64,000 bases of DNA from Yuukianura sp. NJ FZ-2021 (Eukaryota). The stretch is taken from contig CM102286.1 in assembly GCA_046563655.1 (NCBI GenBank), positions 8,866,001-8,930,000 on the forward strand, in the 5' to 3' direction. Position numbers and translations under genes: made by a program. Under the pieces are notes generated by a model, which was not told where the DNA came from, ran no database searches, and saw only the letters and a list, made by a program, of their open reading frames with translations. Positions 50,737-58,611 of the stretch are shown one piece after another (position 1 is the stretch's first letter; each line of letters opens with the position of its first letter).

Positions 50737-52344
50737 GGTTGTGTTTTTGTTTTTAATAATAATTAATGAATAAACTAACACACTTCTTTTAAGTAAAACT
50801 GAGATTAAAATCAGAATGATTTCGTAATTGAATAATTATCCAGGCCCTACCATGTATTTGTACATGAACAGCGCTATTTGCATTATAAGGAATTCAAGAA
50901 AAGAACAAAAAAAGTAATTAAAGCAAAAACAGCAAAGCACAAGGTTAAAACCGCACTTTTTACGGAACACTGCGCACTGGTACTACGCGTGCCTCCCTGC
51001 AATATCGGTCGCGGACAAAGACTGAGGTTACCAAGTTTGCAGCGCAGAGGCTTTAAACTTCCCAAAAAATTATGGGACTACTCGCAAAAAATCTATTGCA
51101 ATTAAAGAGAAAATTTGACACTAATTTCGTCTCTCAAGAACGCGAAAAAAAAGTTTGACCTAGGTGAGATCGAACTCCAGCCTGATATGCAAGTTGCTAT
51201 AAAACATCAAAAATTATTAAAAATTCAAAAGTCGAAGATAACTAAACCTCATGACAGAAGCTAATGGCAGTGGCAAGGAAACTCCTGATTTTCAAAATGG
51301 CCGCCGCGTCTGCGCAAAAACGTTTTTGCACATGACGTCACCCCCCCCTTCCGCACCCCCCATACCCCCCCCACTATATATCCCTTCCCCCTATATCCCC
51401 CCCCACGTGACCCCCCCCCCTCCCCCAAACCACAAAAAAAAATCAATTTTTGAAAAAAAAAACAATTTTAAAAAAATCATTTTTTTTACAAAAAAAAAAA
51501 AAATAAAAGAATTTTTTCCTAAAATTTGGAAATTGGAAAATGTTTTGAAACTTGGAAATTGAAGTGGCTGTTAAAACTTTAGGCAAACTTCCCCAGATTA
51601 CCCCAACCCCAAATTTCAAGGTCACGCCAAATTTTTCAAGGTCGCGCGTGCCCGTTGCATTGGCATATGCATTTGTGTCAAGGTCATGCGCGCCCATTTG
51701 CAATTTCGTATAAATTTGTTCAAGGTCATTCCAATTTGTTTTTCAAGGTCAAGCGAGCATTTTGAAATTGAAATGTCCCGGGAGCCCTTTTCTGGGTTCC
51801 CGGGACCAAGAAGATCAAGGATGGTGCATGGGCAGTACATTCGGCTGGTCAGAGGATTAGTGGGGTGCCACTCGGCCACTGCCAAAACAAACCGCAAACC
51901 ACTTCCGGTTAGGCTGCCAAAAGAAACCGCAAACCACTTCCGGTCAGTAGAGTATTCGGGGGTGACTTCACGTAATTATTTTTAGCTCAGCCGCGGGGGC
52001 TAGTCGGGCGCAATATTGGGGAGGGAAAACCCCTCAAAAAATACATAATGACAAAATCTCAATATCTAAAATGTCAAAAATGTCAACAACAAAAAGGCCG
52101 ACATCAAAAAGGTCGACAACGAAAAAGTCAAAACACAAGTATTGGAATTTTTCATAGAAAATTCGAAAAGTTCTTTTCAAAACAACTTTTCACAAGAAAA
52201 AAACGTTTTTTGAAAATTTTTTAAAATTCATTCAAGCATTGTTTCGAGGGCTACTTAAACAGTGAACTCTGAATCTAGAAGTCATCAGTTCTGAACTTAG
52301 TAGTGGAAATTACAACATTCCTACTCCATAGCCATTCTCAAAAG

Positions 52345-52719
52345 ATGGAAGAAGTAAAGCATGAAATTGCTCTCCGAGTAAGAGGTATTCCATGGGAAAG
52401 GCGTCCAGAAAAGTGTCCTGGATTTTATATAACTCCAATTTGTTTGCAAAACTCGTCAGCGTTTAAAACTCACGAAGAGTACAAAGCGCTTCCAGTTACT
52501 CGGGTTTGCGATCACAGTCGCTGCAACTATAGTGGTGAATACGACTACATGATTGAAAAACTGTTTGGAGATGGAGTATTTAAATCAGCTGATTTGCAAG
52601 AAATTATGGACGAAGTTTCACGGCTCCGAAAATTTAAAAGTATTATTGCAAATACATGCAATGTTCTGGATTCATTTTACGAAAGGGGAAGAAAGCAACA
52701 GCCGACCCACATTCCCTAG
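52345..52719 (+). CDS. Unknown protein in the left arm (ORF A, 124 aa from first ATG)
   Basis: Open frame MEEVKHEIALRVRG..., preceded by tacttaaa (~52252) and tcagtt (~52286); mirrored at 57596-57970. Confidence 0.5.
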   Translation: MEEVKHEIALRVRGIPWERRPEKCPGFYITPICLQNSSAFKTHEEYKALPVTRVCDHSRCNYSGEYDYMIEKLFGDGVFKSADLQEIMDEVSRLRKFKSIIANTCNVLDSFYERGRKQQPTHIP

Positions 52720-53048
52720 TTCCTGGTTATGACTTTTCCAGAAGCAAAGAAGCTCCTTGTACCTTACCATGCAACGGCTGGAACTGTGATACAACGACGT
52801 TTGCAAAGTACATTATCATTGCGGCTTTAGCCCGTGGATATTTGGCTCCAACGTATTCCCTTCGAAATAATCCACTCATCATCCTGGAAAAAGTGGGGTG
52901 GACGGCAATGCTGAATGCAACTCCTCATGAAACACATAAAGAATTTATTCAAAATTCAGAAAACTGGCTTGCAAAACAATGGAAGTTTCTGTGGAGCCCT
53001 GACGTTCTCTACACTGCGCGTCAACAACGAATATCTCATTTTGCTTGA
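52656..53048 (+). CDS. Unknown protein in the left arm (ORF B, 130 aa; overlaps ORF A, possibly its frameshifted C-terminus)
   Basis: Open frame with protein-like composition; mirrored at 57267-57659. Confidence 0.45.
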   Translation: MQCSGFILRKGKKATADPHSLVPGYDFSRSKEAPCTLPCNGWNCDTTTFAKYIIIAALARGYLAPTYSLRNNPLIILEKVGWTAMLNATPHETHKEFIQNSENWLAKQWKFLWSPDVLYTARQQRISHFA

Positions 53049-53339
53049 AGTTTATTTCGAGCATGTCGTTTCCGAGTCGACGACCGTTTAACCTTTTTTA
53101 TTTTTAAGATTCCGAGAATGTCGTTTTGACTCGTTTAACCTTGTATTTTTTCAAAATAGTTTTAAAAGATAGGAATGTAAGCCGTTTCTTGGAAGAAGGG
53201 TCGTTTCTGTTGAAAAAACGTATCCCCCAATATTTTAAAAGATGGCTACAGAGTACAAAGTATTCAAGCTGAAACGCTTGAACACCTCATGGCTGGATTT
53301 ATCCAGCCCAGTCCTGGGGAAGCCTTTGGGCCGTGTGAG

Positions 53340-53820
53340 CCAGCCCTTGGACGCATGCCCTTGGACGCCAGCCCTTGGACGCCAGCCCTTGGACGCCAGC
53401 CCTCAATTCGCATGAATTTTTAACGTAATATAACAACTTCACTGCATAATACAATGGTCTCTCTACATAATACAATGGCCTCTCTGCATAATACAATGGC
53501 CTCTCTACATATTACCATGGCCCAGTTGTATAATACCACAACGTCATTACATAATGCCGAGTTTATTCTGTACAACATAGCGAGTTTGCGAGAGTAAAGT
53601 CTAGACTTTGTCAATGTCACGGGAACTTACTCCGTGAGTACACCTTGCAGAGTTCTTCCTCGGGATTATTTCCCGCAGGTAACCTTCCTTCGAGAGTCAG
53701 ATCATCGTCAATACCATGGTCACGTTGTATAATACCATGGTCACATTGTATAATACCATGGTCACGTTGTATAATACCATGATCACGTTGTATAATACAA
53801 TAACCTCACTGCATAATACA
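53340..53820. repeat. Tandem repeat blocks within the inverted arm (14-bp gccagcccttggac; 21-bp cataatacaatggcctctcta; 21-bp gttgtataataccatggtcac)
   Basis: Seen at 53340-53403, 53440-53540 and 53710-53820; mirrored at 56470-56975. Confidence 0.85.
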
Positions 53821-53896
53821 ACATTTTTTGTCAATTTTACATCCAATCACCACCACCACCACCACCACAAGCCCAACGTGCCCACCCATGCAAAAG

Positions 53897-53932
53897 TATA
53901 AATAGCGACGTTGACTTGCTCATCTCTCAGTT
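53897..53932 (+). promoter_or_regulatory. TATA box plus arthropod initiator (TCAGTT) for the GGFL-protein gene
   Basis: TATAAATA 53897-53904 and TCAGTT 53927-53932 (TATA about 32 nt before the Inr A); ATG at 53999. Confidence 0.75.
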
Positions 53933-53998
53933 TCGTTTCAGACGTTGAGCTGTTAAGACGTGAAGATTTTACCATCTGGAGCGGTTAGGCTAACAGTC

Positions 53999-55396
53999 AT
54001 GGCGCAAAAATACATTCTTGTTCACCAAGACGACTACAACAGTCTACTGGATCGGCTTGAGACATATGAGTCTCAGCAAAACAGCCCTTGCAAAAGTTAT
54101 TTTGGAGAAAAGCAAATCCATGATGGTTTTTTGCTTGATACTACACCCGTACAATACTTACAGCAACATACAATGAACATGTCTCAGAGCCGTGGACCAA
54201 TGGAGCTTCATGAGCGTAATTCGCGAGATTCTGGGAACAACATTCCAATCGAACTTCAGAATCATATGATGCAAACGGAATTACGCCAGAACTGGGAAAA
54301 TCAACGGAAGCGAAGGGAAGGCTACGTCAATGTGAACGTTGTAAACGATAGGCGGTTGAATGATATGGCTACAAGCCACTTTAGCGGATGGGATGGTGTA
54401 CCGGAAAAGTCAGCCAGAAAAACCGAAGACAGATATGACCGAATTACGACCTGGTCAGAAAATCCAACGAATGGTTGGTCAAATACTGTGGTAAAGCCGA
54501 ATGACGCGCTCGAGATGCCATTTTCTAAGAGATTTAAAAAAGAATCGCAAATTGCGAAAGATGAAACGCCGACAGCAGCACCGACAACTCCACCGTTTAC
54601 TATGGACCAGTTTTCAGCTGTTGGAAAACAGCTAGCACAATTTTTTGTAGCAAATGGTGCAACCTTTGCGAACAATAGCGTTAGTCTGGGTGATGCCAAC
54701 ATACCCAGGAGCGAGTTCGAGGAGGGAATACGAAAACTTGCGGATGGAAGATATAAGTTGACAAGACAAATGATTCCTGTCATCGTAGACTTTATGATTC
54801 AGACAGGCATTCCAAAATATCTGCTTCCGATCAGCCACCGAGGCTTGCTCGGTCGAGATGAACCTAAAAAGCTTTCTAGAAATCGCCCGCACGTGGAAAG
54901 TGATGTAGAAAATGAAGAAGAAGAAGATGATGAGGAAGACGAGGGGGATGAAGAATGGGAAGAAGAAGTAGAAGAAGAAGTAGAAGAAGAGGAGGAAAAC
55001 GAGGAAGACGAAAGGGATGAAGAAGGGGAAGAAGAGTATAGACAAACTGGAGGAGCTAAACCATCACCAGGTCCCATACGACATTATCAATTTCTCCACC
55101 AGATGAACCAACACTCCCCTATTATACGCGAGACACTGCTCTCCACAGCGTCTCGTGGTCAAATTCTTGGGTTACACAAATGTGTTCAGGACGTAATCCA
55201 GGGCAACATTCCTATTGAGGCCACCGTCAAAAATATCTTGAGACCGCATCGATATAAGATTAAACGTGTTGCAGAAGCTAAAGGATCGATTGAAGACAAG
55301 AAAAAACTACTTATACAGCACGGCGGGTTCCTGCCAGCTCTTCTCGCTGCCGCATTACCAATACTTGGAGAGTTTCTCACTAGCGTAATTTCGTAG
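53999..55396 (+). CDS. Polinton/adintovirus core-like protein (465 aa) with acidic tract and C-terminal adenovirus pX-like GGFLPALL motif
   Basis: N-terminal MAQKYILV; middle SVSLGDANIPRSEF...FMIQTGIPKYLL; E/D tract; QTGG; C-terminal LHKCVQDVIQGNIPI...KKKLLIQHGGFLPALLAAALPILG, resembling a conserved Polinton basic protein (from memory). AATAAA at 55445-55450. Confidence 0.72.
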   Translation: MAQKYILVHQDDYNSLLDRLETYESQQNSPCKSYFGEKQIHDGFLLDTTPVQYLQQHTMNMSQSRGPMELHERNSRDSGNNIPIELQNHMMQTELRQNWENQRKRREGYVNVNVVNDRRLNDMATSHFSGWDGVPEKSARKTEDRYDRITTWSENPTNGWSNTVVKPNDALEMPFSKRFKKESQIAKDETPTAAPTTPPFTMDQFSAVGKQLAQFFVANGATFANNSVSLGDANIPRSEFEEGIRKLADGRYKLTRQMIPVIVDFMIQTGIPKYLLPISHRGLLGRDEPKKLSRNRPHVESDVENEEEEDDEEDEGDEEWEEEVEEEVEEEEENEEDERDEEGEEEYRQTGGAKPSPGPIRHYQFLHQMNQHSPIIRETLLSTASRGQILGLHKCVQDVIQGNIPIEATVKNILRPHRYKIKRVAEAKGSIEDKKKLLIQHGGFLPALLAAALPILGEFLTSVIS

Positions 55397-55493
55397 AATT
55401 ATACACCTTTATGACTGTAAATTCGTTAGATTCCGAATTTTCAGAATAAAAAACTTGAAAATAGAACTTTTATCGTGTAATGTGTTTATTCAT

Positions 55494-56308
55494 TCATTCA
55501 TTAACATAGATTCGACAATTTTCAGGAAATATATTATCTCTAATGCGAAACAAATCATTTTGTCGTTGAGTTAAATCGATGAATAGATATCCATATTGCT
55601 TTAACATGCATTCCTTGTAGGCTTCTTCCATGGTTGTATTCTTCTTTCCTCCATTCATTTGACGTCCAAGACAAGCTACAAATTGAGAGTCTCGCGGATT
55701 CTTCATTAGAGCAATGTAGTGACAGTTTGACGTGATTTCTTTCATATTCCTGTGAAAAAGTTTTGCACAAGAATGATGAGTGATACGTTGCGGTGATGCG
55801 AAGTCCTTGTGAACGCAGCTCCAACTTCTCTGTTTTTGCCTGCTTCATGCATCAAATCGTCAAGGACGACGACTGACGGCTTGTCGGTTCCGTCATGCCA
55901 TTTTTCAGGAAGTCCACGATGAAATTGTATAGTTGGAATCTTGGTCTTCAATTCTCCAAACAGCGTAGGCTGGAACTCAGTGTAGCAATACATGATACGT
56001 TCCAAGGGCTTGTCAATATTAGTCTCGATAATTTCGTTTCGTCGTAGAAGTATTTGCTTCACAAGGGTGCTTTTGCCGCTCTGAGTCATTCCACTGATAC
56101 ACAAAGTAAACGGTGCAACCAAATGCGGGTCAAACTTTTTCCCAGAGTGTACATGTCGAAACATAGTAGATTTTTCCCGCTGATTCATGCATACCTGAAG
56201 CATTTTCGATACTGCGACGCTACTATGACAAGTTAACTTGTGTCGTTTCAATGCGTCCCTTCGTGAGAATTGTCTGCAGCAAATATCGCACGCTGTACTG
56301 GTATCCAT
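55494..56308 (-). CDS. Polinton-type A32/FtsK-like DNA packaging ATPase with N-terminal C2H2 zinc finger (1-nt frameshift at ~55757)
   Basis: CDICCRQFSRRDALKRHKLTCH; Walker A PFTLCISGMTQSGKST; Walker B VVVLDDLM; FTRTSHHRNVSLIILVQNFF; then, in the next frame, ITSNCHYIALMKNPRD...YGYLFIDL...RIRDNIF. One extra T in the T-run restores NFFHRNMKEIT. Confidence 0.9.
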
Positions 56309-56360
56309 GATGTATAGTCCACAGAATCTTCACGTCTTAACAGCTCAACGTCTGAAACGA

Positions 56361-56396
56361 AACTGAGAGATGAGCAAGTCAACGTCGCTATTTATA
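56361..56396 (-). promoter_or_regulatory. Second copy of the TATA+Inr promoter, for the ATPase gene
   Basis: Reverse complement of 53897-53932; ATG at 56308. Confidence 0.75.
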
Positions 56397-57266
56397 CTTT
56401 TGCATGGGTGGGCACGTTGGGCTTGTGGTGGTGGTGGTGGTGGTGATTGGATGTAAAATTGACAAAAAATGTTGTATTATGCAGTGAGGTTATTGTATTA
56501 TACAACGTGACCATGGCATTATACAACGTGATCATGGTATTATACAACGTGACCATGGTATTATACAATGTGACCATGGTATTATACAACGTGACCATGG
56601 TATTGACGATGATCTGACTCTCGAAGGAAGGTTACCTGCGGGAAATAATCCCGAGGAAGAACTCTGCAAGGTGTACTCACGGAGTAAGTTCCCGTGACAT
56701 TGACAAAGTCTAGACTTTACTCTCGCAAACTCGCTATGTTGTACAGAATAAACTCGGCATTATGTAATGACGTTGTGGTATTATACAACTGGGCCATGGT
56801 AATATGTAGAGAGGCCATTGTATTATGCAGAGAGGCCATTGTATTATGTAGAGAGACCATTGTATTATGCAGTGAAGTTGTTATATTACGTTAAAAATTC
56901 ATGCGAATTGAGGGCTGGCGTCCAAGGGCTGGCGTCCAAGGGCTGGCGTCCAAGGGCATGCGTCCAAGGGCTGGCTCACACGGCCCAAAGGCTTCCCCAG
57001 GACTGGGCTGGATAAATCCAGCCATGAGGTGTTCAAGCGTTTCAGCTTGAATACTTTGTACTCTGTAGCCATCTTTTAAAATATTGGGGGATACGTTTTT
57101 TTCAACAGAAACGACCCTTCTTCCAAGAAACGGCTTACATTCCTATCTTTTAAAACTATTTTGAAAAAATACAAGGTTAAACGAGTCAAAACGACATTCT
57201 CGGAATCTTAAAAATAAAAAAGGTTAAACGGTCGTCGACTCGGAAACGACATGCTCGAAATAAACT

Positions 57267-57970
57267 TCAAGCAAAATGAGATATTCGTTGTTGACGCGCA
57301 GTGTAGAGAACGTCAGGGCTCCACAGAAACTTCCATTGTTTTGCAAGCCAGTTTTCTGAATTTTGAATAAATTCTTTATGTGTTTCATGAGGAGTTGCAT
57401 TCAGCATTGCCGTCCACCCCACTTTTTCCAGGATGATGAGTGGATTATTTCGAAGGGAATACGTTGGAGCCAAATATCCACGGGCTAAAGCCGCAATGAT
57501 AATGTACTTTGCAAACGTCGTTGTATCACAGTTCCAGCCGTTGCATGGTAAGGTACAAGGAGCTTCTTTGCTTCTGGAAAAGTCATAACCAGGAACTAGG
57601 GAATGTGGGTCGGCTGTTGCTTTCTTCCCCTTTCGTAAAATGAATCCAGAACATTGCATGTATTTGCAATAATACTTTTAAATTTTCGGAGCCGTGAAAC
57701 TTCGTCCATAATTTCTTGCAAATCAGCTGATTTAAATACTCCATCTCCAAACAGTTTTTCAATCATGTAGTCGTATTCACCACTATAGTTGCAGCGACTG
57801 TGATCGCAAACCCGAGTAACTGGAAGCGCTTTGTACTCTTCGTGAGTTTTAAACGCTGACGAGTTTTGCAAACAAATTGGAGTTATATAAAATCCAGGAC
57901 ACTTTTCTGGACGCCTTTCCCATGGAATACCTCTTACTCGGAGAGCAATTTCATGCTTTACTTCTTCCAT
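57267..57970 (-). CDS. Right-arm copies of ORF A (57596-57970) and ORF B (57267-57659)
   Basis: Translations identical to the left-arm ORFs. Confidence 0.45.
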
Positions 57971-58015
57971 CTTTTGAGAATGGCTATGGAGTAGGAATGT
58001 TGTAATTTCCACTAC

Positions 58016-58410
58016 TGTTAGAAAGTCGACCAGAAAACTAACCGTTAACTGCTCTTTCTGAGTTCCTACAAATGACTGGCCGGAGCAACTGACTAACTGA
58101 CCAATGACTGGACAGGACGACTCAAAACTACCAACTCGTAGTTAATTGACTAAACCTTTTTAATTGATCAAAACGATTAATCCAAATCTTACAGATTCTC
58201 CTCTTATACTTGTATCTTAACTTGTTACGACTTGTTAACACTAAACTTAACACCTCGAGGTGAGAAACCTTGAGCGCAGGCGTAAAGCCTATTTTAAATT
58301 TAGAAAACCAGAAAGAGAAAACGCGCTCAAAATTCTCACTTCCTAAAACTAAACATTTCTAAAAACTAATCTTGAAAACACAAAAAATGAAAACACTCAA
58401 TTATCCAACA
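58016..58410 (-). repeat. 3' LTR of the BEL/Pao element (395 bp)
   Basis: On the minus strand: PPT gaaagtgggaagaaa, then TGTTGGATAA ... TTTCTAACA. Confidence 0.88.
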
Positions 58411-58611
58411 TTTCTTCCCACTTTCTGAGGTAAGAAATTACCGAAGAAACTTAACCAATCATTTTGAAACTCTATTGGAAAAGTAAACAGAGAAAGTTAA
58501 ATACCTAAAATGTACACTTAACTTTAAACTCAAAAATGAAACCATAACTTAGCCAATCAAATTAAACTAACCTTTAAACTTGAAATGGAAACGAAAATGA
58601 AAAAACTAAAT

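Larger units (their letters stand above)
52300..58015. mobile_element. Polinton/adintovirus-related element: ~1.7 kb inverted arms flanking two convergent virion-assembly genes (right arm cut by a BEL insertion; true termini not visible)
   Basis: Arms ~52300-53968 and 56325-58015 are reverse complements. The only differences I noticed are one extra 21-bp unit and one homopolymer base. The centre encodes a Polinton-type packaging ATPase and a GGFL-motif protein. Confidence 0.85.

Noticed and set aside
53716..53901. ORF with MVTLYNT repeats and a His7 run (His-tag or vector-like)
   Set aside because: It is a translation of the 21-bp tandem array and a (CAC)n microsatellite in the promoter region; there is no vector context.
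54322..55380. Antisense ORFs over the GGFL-protein gene, and similar ones over RepHel, IR and BEL pol
   Set aside because: Shadow frames of real coding sequence (e.g. poly-Ser or poly-Phe from the GAA-rich acidic tract).
52300..58015. Inverted arms as a pure assembly artefact
   Set aside because: The arms differ by a 21-bp repeat unit, and both inner boundaries fall just upstream of start codons of different genes. Not fully excluded without reads.
52299..58016. AGTAGT...ACTACT at the visible arm ends, resembling canonical Polinton termini
   Set aside because: The flanking 6-mers (gaactt vs gttaga) are not a TSD, the final T is the first base of the BEL LTR (TGTTAG), and the site lies between ORF A's promoter and its ATG. 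Most likely a coincidence of the BEL insertion point.
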